From the NCBI GenBank assembly GCA_963976125.1, contig CAXBKL010000001.1, positions 3,644-67,643 of the forward strand: DNA of 64,000 bases. The letters run 5' to 3'. Source of the stretch: an uncultured Sulfitobacter sp. (lineage in GTDB: Bacteria > Pseudomonadota > Alphaproteobacteria > Rhodobacterales > Rhodobacteraceae). The notes beneath the pieces were generated by a model, which was not told the origin of the DNA, did not search any database, and was given only the letters and a program-made list of their open reading frames with translations. The translations under genes and the position numbers were made by a program. This document shows positions 51,005-60,117 of this stretch, in pieces (the stretch's first letter is position 1; each line of letters opens with the position of its first letter).

Positions 51005-51018
51005 TTGACTTGGATCAA
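51005..51018. promoter_or_regulatory. FNR/FnrL-type box upstream of ppk2
   Basis: TTGAC-ttgg-ATCAA (TTGAT-ccaa-GTCAA on the ppk2 strand); CATTGT -10-like element at class II spacing. Confidence 0.55.
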
Positions 51019-51168
51019 ACTGGTTGTTGAAATTGCGGTTTCCGGGGCGAAAAGGGGACCGGATCAACGCCCTTGATACCCCGGCCCATTCCTCCTATAC
51101 CCCGGCCATTCGGAATCGCTTTGCTGCGGTTGCGGTGCTTTGCTTGTGCATTGCAAAAACAAGGAATG

Positions 51169-51265
51169 ATGATGCTACCTTCGGTGGGCTGTTGCGACAG
51201 ACCCGGCAGACAGACTGAAGCTCTTGGATCGCGCAACAATCTTCGTGGCACACCACGAGCATCAT
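51169..51265 (+). ncRNA. Candidate structured leader of rplS-rpmE (multi-stem junction)
   Basis: ATGATGC/GCATCAT closing stem next to the AGGAG RBS; internal stems TGTTGCG/CGCAACA and TCGTGG/CCACGA. Confidence 0.35.
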
Positions 51266-51279
51266 AGGAGAAGCGTCAG

Positions 51280-51654
51280 ATGAACCTGATCGCACAAATC
51301 GAGGCGGAACAAATCGCCGAACTGGGGAAGGAAATCCCAGACTTCCGGGCGGGTGATACCATCCGCGTCGGCTTTAAAGTGACCGAAGGTACCCGTACCC
51401 GTGTCCAGAACTACGAAGGCGTTTGCATCGCGCGTAACAACGGCAAAGGCATTGCCGGGTCGTTCACCGTGCGCAAAATCAGCTTTGGTGAAGGCGTTGA
51501 GCGCGTATTCCCGCTGCACTCCACCAACATCGACAGCATCACAGTGGTCCGTCGTGGCCGTGTGCGTCGTGCCAAGCTGTATTACCTGCGCTCGCGCCGT
51601 GGTAAATCCGCACGCATCGTTGAGAATTCCAACTACAAGCCGAAAAAAGCGTAA
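51280..51654 (+). CDS. rplS: 50S ribosomal protein L19
   Basis: [38 protein letters not shown]. Confidence 0.98.
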   Translation: MNLIAQIEAEQIAELGKEIPDFRAGDTIRVGFKVTEGTRTRVQNYEGVCIARNNGKGIAGSFTVRKISFGEGVERVFPLHSTNIDSITVVRRGRVRRAKLYYLRSRRGKSARIVENSNYKPKKA

Positions 51655-51665
51655 GGGGCGGACCG

Positions 51666-51887
51666 ATGAAAGCCGATACACATCCCGAATATCACACGAT
51701 CAACGTCAAGATGACCGACGGCACGATTGTGGAAATGAAATCAACATGGGGCAAAGAGGGCGACCAGCTGTCGCTTGACATCGACCCTTCCGTGCACCCT
51801 GCATGGACCGGCGGCACCAGCCGCCTGATGGACACCGGTGGCCGCGTGTCCAAGTTCAAGAACAAGTACGCAGGTCTGTCCCTGTAA
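51666..51887 (+). CDS. rpmE: 50S ribosomal protein L31 (Cys-free type)
   Basis: [10 protein letters not shown]...[14 protein letters not shown]...GRVSKF; no CxxC motifs. Confidence 0.97.
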   Translation: MKADTHPEYHTINVKMTDGTIVEMKSTWGKEGDQLSLDIDPSVHPAWTGGTSRLMDTGGRVSKFKNKYAGLSL

Positions 51888-51910
51888 GGGGTTTCAGATT
51901 GCTGAATTCA

Positions 51911-51943
51911 GAAAGGCGCGGCCCCGGGGGCCGCGCCTTTCTT
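51911..51943 (+). terminator. Intrinsic terminator after rpmE
   Basis: GAAAGGCGCGGCC...GGCCGCGCCTTTCTT. Confidence 0.85.
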
Positions 51944-52191
51944 GTTGGGGAATGGCCGCTGAAGGGGGCAACGCCACCAATTCCGGCGGCAAAAAGAGAC
52001 ATGAAGCGCAAGAACCGCCGCAAAACAGGCGGTCGAGAGATGTTTGATCCAGCGCCTGTGTGGCATCCCTTACTGCCTTGTTGGATACGGAAAATAGTGC
52101 GAGGGTTTGAGCCTGGATCAAACTGACCCAGCACCGGGTGGCGAAAAAGGACAGTTTAGAAGTTATTTGGAATCTACCTGGGAGTATTGGG

Positions 52192-53403
52192 ATGAAGACC
52201 ACAATTGGAGATGACGGCTTACCTTTTTTGCCATTGGAAGAATATCTTCAACTGTCTTTGCAGGAAATTGACGCCCTGCGACGGGAAGTGCCGGTCCTAC
52301 GAACCACATCAAACCGTGTGTCGATACTGCGCGATCACGATGTTCGCGCCTTGATGTCTCATCCCGGCCTCGTACAGATTCCCGGACCGGAGTTTTGCGA
52401 TTTTGTCGGGATACCACCGGGGCGATGCCGGACATTTCTCGAGACATTCATGCTGATGACAAATGGGGAGGATCACAAGCATCGCCGTGGGGCTTTTGCC
52501 CGCGTGTTTGCGCATCCCGTTCTACGCCAGAAACGCGATCAGGTGCGTGTCGTTGCAGATCGTGTGATTGCCGATTTGCCCCGCGGTGCCCCGTTTGATT
52601 TCCTGGCGCTATGTGCCTCGCGCCTGCCTGCGGAAATGATCGCAGAAGTTCTGGGCCTGAATACAGAGGACAGCGGCTGGTTTGCTCAGCACGTTTATTC
52701 TCTCAGCAAATGTCTGATGCTTCCATTTGTCGGGTCCGAGGACATTGATGAAATCGAAGTCTCAGCTGACGCTCTATATGAGTTTGTTGCAGCGACCTTG
52801 GAGGATCGCAGAACAGCGCCACAAGATGATATGATTTCGATGCTGGTGACGGACGAAAGTGACCGTGCGCTAGAGAGCGAAGAGCTTATCTATCAGATCA
52901 TGGGCCTTATCCTCGGAGGCAGCGATACCACGCGGTCGGGTTTCAACATGATCGTTGCGCGGCTGTTGTCAGACCGGAGCCTTTGGGACGAAGTTAAGGC
53001 GGATCGTCGCCTTATCCCCAATGCGATCAATGAGGCACTTCGGTTGGAGCCACCTGTTGCAGGAGTTGCGCGCTATAGCGTTGGGCCGATCGACGTTGCG
53101 GGGGTAACACTTGCTGCGGGGCAGTTGGTTGGGTTGGCGACGATGTCCGCCATGCGCGACGAGACACTGATCACTGACCCGGAGGTATTCGATTTGCACC
53201 GCGAGGATCAGCCACTTCCGCATGTCGTATTCGGCGCGGGGGCGCATCGGTGCCTTGGCGAAATGCTCGCGCGGTTGGAAATGGAAGAAGGGCTTTCGGC
53301 CCTTTTGGATAGCGCACCGGACATAGAACTGATTGAAGCGCCGGAAATGGTTGGTGTCCTTGGTCTCCGAAAATCGACGCCAATGATTGCGCGCATTCCC
53401 TGA
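52192..53403 (+). CDS. Cytochrome P450
   Basis: I-helix LGGSDTT, K-helix EALR, heme ligand FGAGAHRCLG; GGGAG RBS before ATG 52192. Confidence 0.93.
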   Translation: MKTTIGDDGLPFLPLEEYLQLSLQEIDALRREVPVLRTTSNRVSILRDHDVRALMSHPGLVQIPGPEFCDFVGIPPGRCRTFLETFMLMTNGEDHKHRRGAFARVFAHPVLRQKRDQVRVVADRVIADLPRGAPFDFLALCASRLPAEMIAEVLGLNTEDSGWFAQHVYSLSKCLMLPFVGSEDIDEIEVSADALYEFVAATLEDRRTAPQDDMISMLVTDESDRALESEELIYQIMGLILGGSDTTRSGFNMIVARLLSDRSLWDEVKADRRLIPNAINEALRLEPPVAGVARYSVGPIDVAGVTLAAGQLVGLATMSAMRDETLITDPEVFDLHREDQPLPHVVFGAGAHRCLGEMLARLEMEEGLSALLDSAPDIELIEAPEMVGVLGLRKSTPMIARIP

Positions 53404-53754
53404 ACAAACCTGTTTGCAAGCTGCGCTACGGTACCTGGATTGGGCAGCGATCTGAATGCGTCAGCAAGGTTGAATCCCCAGATGTTTGGCCGGAAACGCC
53501 AGTGCCGAGGTTTTCCGTTCTGCAACGCCACGGCTCTTGCATGAGTACCTGATACGCAGGGCATCATTTACCGCGACAAAGTCTACGATTTCAAACAGCG
53601 TCAAGCGATTCAGGTCTTTGCGAAGGTGTTGTGGCAACCCAAACCAGACATTCGTCCCGTCCCCCCCTCACCCCCACTTCCCAAACCCGCAAACCCCACA
53701 TATAGTGTGCCCAACAATAACCTGCACAAATCGCAGGAGGCAGAAGGGCAGCTT

Positions 53755-54564
53755 ATGGCGCATATCATTGTTGTCGGAAACGAAAAGGGCGGCGCGGGTA
53801 AATCCACGGTTTCCATGCACTTGGCCACCGCTCTGGCGCGGATGGGGAAAAGCATCAGTGTGCTGGATCTGGACCTGCGCCAGCGCACGCTGGGGCGCTA
53901 CATCGAAAACCGCACGTCCTTCCTCAAGAAGGCCGGACTTGATCTGCCAAGCCCGACCCTTTGCATGCTGCCCGAAGTGGCAGCCGAAGATCTGCGGCCT
54001 GGTGAAAACGTCTACGATCACCGCCTGAGCGTCGCGGTGGCCTCAATGGAGCAGGAAAACGATTTCATCCTGATCGACTGCCCCGGTTCGCATACCCGCC
54101 TGAGCCAGGTGGCGCATTCGCTTGCCGATACGCTGGTCACCCCCCTGAACGACAGCTTTGTCGATTTTGACCTTTTGGCACACACCGACAGTACGGGCGA
54201 AAAAATCACCGGGCCTTCCGTCTATTCCGAGATGGTCTGGAGCGCGCGGCAGCTGCGGGCCAAGGCGGGGTTGCAACCGATTGACTGGGTTGTGGTGCGC
54301 AACCGGATGGGGGCGCAACGCATGGTCAACAAGGAAAAGATGGAACGCGCCATTCAGAACCTGTCCAAGCGCATCGGTTTTCGCATTGCCCCCGGTTTCA
54401 ATGAACGGGTGATTTTCCGCGAGCTGTTTCCACGCGGGCTGACCCTGCTTGATCTCAAGGACATTGGCGTCAAACAGCTCAATATCTCAAACGTCGCCGC
54501 GCGTCAGGAACTGCGTGATCTGATAAAGGCGCTGAAATTGCCGGGCGTGACAGCCGATTTCTAG
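53755..54564 (+). CDS. mipZ: Division-plane positioning ATPase MipZ
   Basis: IIVVGNEKGGAGKST, LDLDLRQ, IDCPG, TPLNDSFVDFD, ERVIFRELFPRGLT. Confidence 0.9.
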   Translation: MAHIIVVGNEKGGAGKSTVSMHLATALARMGKSISVLDLDLRQRTLGRYIENRTSFLKKAGLDLPSPTLCMLPEVAAEDLRPGENVYDHRLSVAVASMEQENDFILIDCPGSHTRLSQVAHSLADTLVTPLNDSFVDFDLLAHTDSTGEKITGPSVYSEMVWSARQLRAKAGLQPIDWVVVRNRMGAQRMVNKEKMERAIQNLSKRIGFRIAPGFNERVIFRELFPRGLTLLDLKDIGVKQLNISNVAARQELRDLIKALKLPGVTADF

Positions 54565-54573
54565 CGGCTGCTG

Positions 54574-55437
54574 CTACGCCTTACGGCGCAGCAGCACGAG
54601 GTTTGATACAAACAGCGCACCGATCACGATGCCGCCACCAAGCAGCGCATATGGCCCCGGATTTTCACCCACAACCACCCAGGCCAGAAGCGGGGCCAGA
54701 ACCGATTCAAGCAAGACCAGCAAACCGACCTCTGCAGACGTAATGAAGCGCGGCCCAATGGCAAGCAGGACCGAACTGAACAAGATCACGCCGGCATGCG
54801 CCATGACAAGCGGCACCTCTGAGGCTGGCATCGAAAACGGGTCCGCTATTGGTGCAATCGCAAGTGCGGCAAAAAAATACCCCATCGCCACCCCCGGCAC
54901 CATTGATGTGGCACGGGCGTGGCGCGCAGCGGTCAGCGCGGCCGCAAAAAGAGCCGAAACGCCCAGCGCCAGCAAATCACCAGCCAGACTGGCGTTCTCC
55001 GTTTCGCCCGATCCATAGGCAATAAAGGCCAGTCCGGGCAAAACGGCGGCAACCGTCAAAAGCGTTCGCATGCTGAACGGTTCGGCCAGGAAAATGCGGC
55101 TGAACACCGCCGCAAACACAGGAAGTGACGCGATAATGAACACGACATTCGCAACCGACGTCAGGCCCACGGCGAGAATGAACATAACGCCGCTGCTGCC
55201 CACACCGATCATGTAGATCAGACCGTGCTTTCCAGTCCGAAACACCGCCCGAAACGGCTCCAGCCCGGCCGTGAACAGATACCAAAGCCCGGTAAGTCCG
55301 CCTGCCAGAAACAGCCGCCAGAACGCAATGGTCCAGGTATCCGCATCGATCAGGCGTACAAATAGGGAATCGGGGACGACAAAAAGCACCCCGAAAAATG
55401 TAATCAACAAACCTTTGGTCTGATCGCTCATCCGCAA
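54574..55437 (-). CDS. DMT/EamA transporter
   Basis: About 10 TM segments; ITSAEVGLLVLLESVLAPL. Confidence 0.88.
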   Translation of the reverse strand: MRMSDQTKGLLITFFGVLFVVPDSLFVRLIDADTWTIAFWRLFLAGGLTGLWYLFTAGLEPFRAVFRTGKHGLIYMIGVGSSGVMFILAVGLTSVANVVFIIASLPVFAAVFSRIFLAEPFSMRTLLTVAAVLPGLAFIAYGSGETENASLAGDLLALGVSALFAAALTAARHARATSMVPGVAMGYFFAALAIAPIADPFSMPASEVPLVMAHAGVILFSSVLLAIGPRFITSAEVGLLVLLESVLAPLLAWVVVGENPGPYALLGGGIVIGALFVSNLVLLRRKA

Positions 55438-55457
55438 TCGGTGCGCGCTTTTTTCGG

Positions 55458-55907
55458 CTAAGTAAAGCTGTCTGGTCGGGTCGCGGCCAGTTTGACAAGC
55501 GCCCGTCTCAAAACGGTGGTTTCTTGCGGTGAGAATGCCGCAAGCAGCTGCGCCTCGTATTGCTCTGCTGTCTGGCGCAGATCCTTGTAGGCCTTCACGC
55601 CTTTGGAGGTCAGCGACAGATGTTCAACCCGTCTGTCCGCGCCGTCACGTACCCGCGCAACAAACCGGCGCTCTGCCAAGCGGTGTACTGCGCGGCTGAT
55701 CTTGGTCTTGTGCAGATTGGCGCGCTCACCGATCTCGCTCGCGGTCATGCTGCCGTACAGGCCCAGATGGAACAACACCCGCCATTCGGTCCGCAACATG
55801 CCGTATCTGCCTTTATAGACATTCTGAAACGCCAGCGAACTGGCCTCAGATGCCTGATTGAGCATGTAGGGAAGGAAAGATTCGAGAGCAAAACCGGTTT
55901 TTGACAT
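55458..55907 (-). CDS. MarR-family regulator
   Basis: EWRVLFHL...KTKISRAV..L...DRRVEHLSLT..G. Confidence 0.92.
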   Translation of the reverse strand: MSKTGFALESFLPYMLNQASEASSLAFQNVYKGRYGMLRTEWRVLFHLGLYGSMTASEIGERANLHKTKISRAVHRLAERRFVARVRDGADRRVEHLSLTSKGVKAYKDLRQTAEQYEAQLLAAFSPQETTVLRRALVKLAATRPDSFT

Positions 55908-56011
55908 GGGATCATCGCTTGTTAGTTACAATTACGACTATTACACAGGGCCGAACCGGTGAGAAGCGGTAGGTACCGTCGGCCGAAATGAATGCCAAAG
56001 AAGGAAACAGC

Positions 56012-57265
56012 ATGACATTGATGACCTCTTGGGTAGAAAGCGCCAACACTGGCGAGACTGATTTCCCGCTGAATAATCTGCCCTATGGCGTGTTTTCCAT
56101 TGGCGACAGTGAACCGCGCTGTGGCGTCGCCATCGGTGATCGTATCCTCGATGTTGCGGCACTGGAAGAGACCGGTCTGCTGTCCCTCGCGGTAGAGCCG
56201 GTCTTTGATGTGCCTTATTGGAACGATGTCATGGAACTGGGCCCGGAGGCCTGGGCCGCCTTGCGCGCGCGCCTGACATCGTTGCTGACGCAGGGCAGCA
56301 GTGAAAAATCCGCTGTTGAACCCCATCTTGTCCCGGCAGCCCAGGCAGAGATGCACCTGCCCATTGTTGTCCTGGAATACACCGATTTCTATGCAGGGCG
56401 GCATCACGCAACCAATGTCGGCACAATGTTTCGGGGTGCAGAAAACGCGCTCCCTCCGAATTGGCTGCATATGCCAATCGGCTATAACGGGCGGGCCTCG
56501 ACAGTTGTTGTATCAGGGACAGATATTCGGCGTCCCAACGGTCAGCTGAAAGCGCCGGATGCGGACATGCCGACGTTCGGCCCCTGCAGGCGGCTTGATA
56601 TTGAACTGGAAATGGGTGCGATTGTTGGCGGTTCGACCGAAATGAGCCAACCGATTACCGTTGCCGAAGCCGACGCATTGATATTCGGCTACGTCCTGCT
56701 GAATGACTGGTCCGCGCGCGACATCCAGACTTGGGAATACCAACCGCTTGGACCGTTTCAGGGCAAGGCATTTGCCACGTCGATCAGCCCCTGGATCGTC
56801 ACCCGCGAAGCCCTGGAACCTTTCCGCACATCAACGCCTGAGCGCGAGAAGGAGCTGCTGCCCTATCTCAAGGAACCGGGGCCGATGTTGTATGACATTG
56901 ACCTGTCCGTCCTGATCGAACCAGAGAACGGCACCGCCGAGACCATCGCGCAGACCAACTACAAAGAGATGTATTTTTCCGCGGCTCAGCAGCTCACCCA
57001 TCATGCCTCCAGCGGCTGCGCAATGAATGCCGGTGATCTGCTGGGTTCCGGCACCATTTCCGGCCCGGAAAAGAGCCAGCGGGGCAGCCTGCTCGAATTG
57101 AGCTGGGGCGGCAAGGAACCGATCACCCTGAACGATGGGAGCACGAGAAGCTTTCTTCAGGACGGCGACAAGATAACGCTCCAGGGCCATGCCAATGGCG
57201 ATGGTTACCGGGTCGGTTTTGGCACATGCGCGGGCCAAATTCTGCCGGCCATCGAGTTCCCCTGA
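56012..57265 (+). CDS. fahA: Fumarylacetoacetase
   Basis: FPLNNLPYGVFS, YTDFYAGRHHA, LDIELE, NDWSARDIQ.WEY.PLGPF; GAAGGA RBS. Confidence 0.94.
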   Translation: MTLMTSWVESANTGETDFPLNNLPYGVFSIGDSEPRCGVAIGDRILDVAALEETGLLSLAVEPVFDVPYWNDVMELGPEAWAALRARLTSLLTQGSSEKSAVEPHLVPAAQAEMHLPIVVLEYTDFYAGRHHATNVGTMFRGAENALPPNWLHMPIGYNGRASTVVVSGTDIRRPNGQLKAPDADMPTFGPCRRLDIELEMGAIVGGSTEMSQPITVAEADALIFGYVLLNDWSARDIQTWEYQPLGPFQGKAFATSISPWIVTREALEPFRTSTPEREKELLPYLKEPGPMLYDIDLSVLIEPENGTAETIAQTNYKEMYFSAAQQLTHHASSGCAMNAGDLLGSGTISGPEKSQRGSLLELSWGGKEPITLNDGSTRSFLQDGDKITLQGHANGDGYRVGFGTCAGQILPAIEFP

Positions 57266-57899
57266 CGGATTAGAACCCGCCGCGATTATCGGCCCGATCA
57301 CGCACAACAGGCGGGGCCATTGCTGGAACGCGGCGCGGCACGGTATCGGGCTGATGTGAACAGAAAACCGGCGGGTGGCAGATCCGGCGGACCTAAACGG
57401 AATGGCCATGGTTCCACTGTTGCTGCACTTGCGAAAGATTCGGTTTTTGGCGGTATTGAGCAAAAAGACCTCACTTGGCTGCGGTTTCGTGTAGATTTTG
57501 GGGGGGGTTGCAACAGCTTTGACGACCTGCCCGTCAAATTCCCCGCCTCAGCAGGCATTGTGACGTTCAATCGAAATGTTTGCCAAAAAACGACATGCGT
57601 CGCTGCGCATGCGGCGCTCCTGTAGATTTGTGCCGCAAAATTCACGAAATCCCCCCGCTCTGCAATCCCCAAAGGCCCAGCCAGCCGCCCCAATCGCGCG
57701 ACCAGGGCGCTCCGCAATCGCTATGGAAATCAACAAGATCGTGTGATGGGCTTGACGTGGGCGCCCCGTCTATCAGAGTATCTTTGTGCACCCATCAGGG
57801 TCACCAATGAAAAACAGATTAACTGTATCACCGGAGACCGGAACTGGTCCCGCCCCGCATAGGCCCCTTAGGCTGTTTGCGACAACAGAGAGGAAGAAC

Positions 57900-59567
57900 A
57901 TGAGTTATTTCACACGTACCGGCAAGCCATTGCCGCAGAGCATCCTGGACTCTGCCGAGGCCGCCAAGAAAGACCCGGTCAACCGCCGCGAGTTTCTGGC
58001 ACTGGCAAGCGCATTTGGTGCAACCGCTGCGACCGCCTATTCGATGATCGGCATGGCGACACCTGCCAAGGCTGCCGGTCACACCGAGGGTGGCACCGTA
58101 CGCATGCAGATGGAAGTGCGCGCCATGAAGGATCCGCGCACCTATGACTGGTCGCAGATTGCAAACTTCTCCCGTGGTTGGCTTGAGTATCTCGCCATCT
58201 GGGAAAACGACGGCACATTCACACCCGGCTTGCTGGAAAGCTGGGAAATCAATGATGACGCAACCGTCTACACACTGAATGTCCGCAAGGGCGTCAAGTG
58301 GAACAACGGTGACGATTTCACAGCCGAAGACGTTGCGCGCAACATCACGGGCTGGTGTGACAAGTCGCTTGAAGGCAACTCCATGGCGGGCCGTTTTGCG
58401 TCCCTGATTGATGAAGCCACCGGTCAGGCCCTTGATGGTGCCGTAGAGGTTGTGGACAGCCACACCGTCAAGCTGAACGTGCCGGTGTCCGACATCACCC
58501 TGATCCCCGGTATGGCAGATTACCCTGCGGCGATCGTGCACAGCTCGCATGACGCGGGCAAGATGATTGATAACCCGATCGGCACCGGCCCATACCTGCC
58601 TGAAAGCCTTGAAGTTGGCGTCAAGGCGGTTCTGGTCAAGAACCCGGATCACACGTGGTGGGGCACGGACGTCTATGGCGGCCCCTACATCGACCGTCTG
58701 GAATACATCGACTACGGTACTGATCCCTCCGCGTGGATCGCAGCCGCCGAAGCAGAAGAAGTGGATGCGTTCTATTCCATGGAAGGTGAATACATCGACA
58801 TCATGTCCACGCTGGACGGTTGGGTCGAAAACTCCATCGCAACTGCGGCGACAATTGTCATCCGTCCGAACCAGCTGGCCGAAGTTGACGGCATGAAGCC
58901 TTATGCGGACAAGCGTGTACGCCAGGCAATTGGCATGGCCGTTGACAACTCGGTCCTGTTGGAATTGGGCTATGCGGGTCGCGGCATTGTGGCGGAAAAC
59001 CACCACGTTGGCCCAATGCACCCCGAGTATGCTGAATTGCCACCGCGCAAGATTGATCCGGCAGCCGCCAAGGCCCTCATGGAAGAAGCCGGCATGGCCG
59101 ACTTCGAGCATGAGCTGATGTCGATTGACGACGCATGGCGCAAGGACACCACCGATGCGGTGGCGGCCCAGCTGCGCGATGCAGGCATCAAGGTCAAGCG
59201 GACCATTCTGCCCGGTTCTACCTTCTGGAATGACTGGGCGAAGTATCCGTTCAGCTCGACCAACTGGAATGCGCGCCCGCTGGGTGTTCAGATCTGGGCA
59301 CTGGCATACCGCACGGGCGAGGCGTGGAACGAGTTTGGTTGGGCAAATCCTGAGTTTGACGCCCTGCTTGCCGAAGCTCTGGCCGTTGCGGACGTTGAAA
59401 AGCGCCGCGCGCTGATGGCCAAAGGCGAAGCAATGATCCAGGAGGAAGGTGTCACAATCCAGCCTTACTGGCGTTCCCTCTACAACCACACCAAAGAGGG
59501 TCTGGTTGGCGCAGGACACCACATTGGATTTGAATACCATCCCGCACGGATGGCCTGGACTGCTTAA
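57900..59567 (+). CDS. ABC transporter substrate-binding protein, family 5 (Dpp/Opp-like), Tat-exported
   Basis: NRREFLALAS Tat motif; LRKGVKW-type and IGTGPY SBP_bac_5 patterns. Confidence 0.9.
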   Translation: MSYFTRTGKPLPQSILDSAEAAKKDPVNRREFLALASAFGATAATAYSMIGMATPAKAAGHTEGGTVRMQMEVRAMKDPRTYDWSQIANFSRGWLEYLAIWENDGTFTPGLLESWEINDDATVYTLNVRKGVKWNNGDDFTAEDVARNITGWCDKSLEGNSMAGRFASLIDEATGQALDGAVEVVDSHTVKLNVPVSDITLIPGMADYPAAIVHSSHDAGKMIDNPIGTGPYLPESLEVGVKAVLVKNPDHTWWGTDVYGGPYIDRLEYIDYGTDPSAWIAAAEAEEVDAFYSMEGEYIDIMSTLDGWVENSIATAATIVIRPNQLAEVDGMKPYADKRVRQAIGMAVDNSVLLELGYAGRGIVAENHHVGPMHPEYAELPPRKIDPAAAKALMEEAGMADFEHELMSIDDAWRKDTTDAVAAQLRDAGIKVKRTILPGSTFWNDWAKYPFSSTNWNARPLGVQIWALAYRTGEAWNEFGWANPEFDALLAEALAVADVEKRRALMAKGEAMIQEEGVTIQPYWRSLYNHTKEGLVGAGHHIGFEYHPARMAWTA

Positions 59568-59589
59568 ACCCCGGACCAGATCAACGTCA

Positions 59590-59619
59590 GGGGGCCGCGC
59601 CGTGCGTGGCCCCCTTTTT
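59590..59619. terminator. Intrinsic terminator after the SBP gene
   Basis: GGGGGCCGCGC-cgt-GCGTGGCCCCC-TTTTT. Confidence 0.8.
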
Positions 59620-60117
59620 CTATGGCCCGGTCAGTTCGCCAATCCGGTCTGGTGGAAAGTGCACCGCCTGCGCCAGCACTTTTGGTACCTCCTCTGTCAG
59701 AGGGTAGCCATCAAGCACCTTGTGGATGCTGGAATTCATCGCCGCAACAAGGGCAGAATCCTGCATTTCATGACGCCTTACCTTGGCAAACCATGCTTCT
59801 TCCAGAATGAGATCCTCAATCAACGGATCAATCACCGCGCCGCCCCCGCCGGGGTAGCGGTAATACCCAACGCCGCCGATTTTTCCCATGCGCCCCTCCG
59901 CCACCATGCGCGGCAGGATCGGCACAGCGCGTGCCGGGTTCCGGGCCAGCACGGCATCCAGCCCCAACAAATCCTGTGCCTCGCATGGCCCCACATCGTA
60001 GCCCCAGGCCACCAGCGCCTCGTCCAGCTCCCACGGGTTGGTGTGATGAAACATCAGGTGCTCTGCGGTTTCCCAGAACCCGTTTTGCACCGCCTCAAGC
60101 AAGGAAGTTTGCGTCAC
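59620..60117 (-). CDS. Stand-alone 3-hydroxyacyl-CoA dehydrogenase C-terminal-domain-like protein
   Basis: PWELDEAL..WGYDVGP...DLLGLD...MVAEGRMGKIGGVGYYRY; no GxGxxG NAD-binding domain. Confidence 0.7.
   Translation of the reverse strand: MTQTSLLEAVQNGFWETAEHLMFHHTNPWELDEALVAWGYDVGPCEAQDLLGLDAVLARNPARAVPILPRMVAEGRMGKIGGVGYYRYPGGGGAVIDPLIEDLILEEAWFAKVRRHEMQDSALVAAMNSSIHKVLDGYPLTEEVPKVLAQAVHFPPDRIGELTGP

Noticed and set aside
53404-53655. Open minus-strand frame GLPQHLRKDLNRLTLFEIV... between the P450 and mipZ, as a possible IS or gene remnant
   Set aside because: No credible start or RBS, no terminal repeats and no recognisable family.
57298-57810. ORFs 57320..57625, 57298..57717 and 57580..57810 in the fahA-SBP gap
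   Set aside because: No RBS, atypical composition and mutually overlapping; treated as intergenic.
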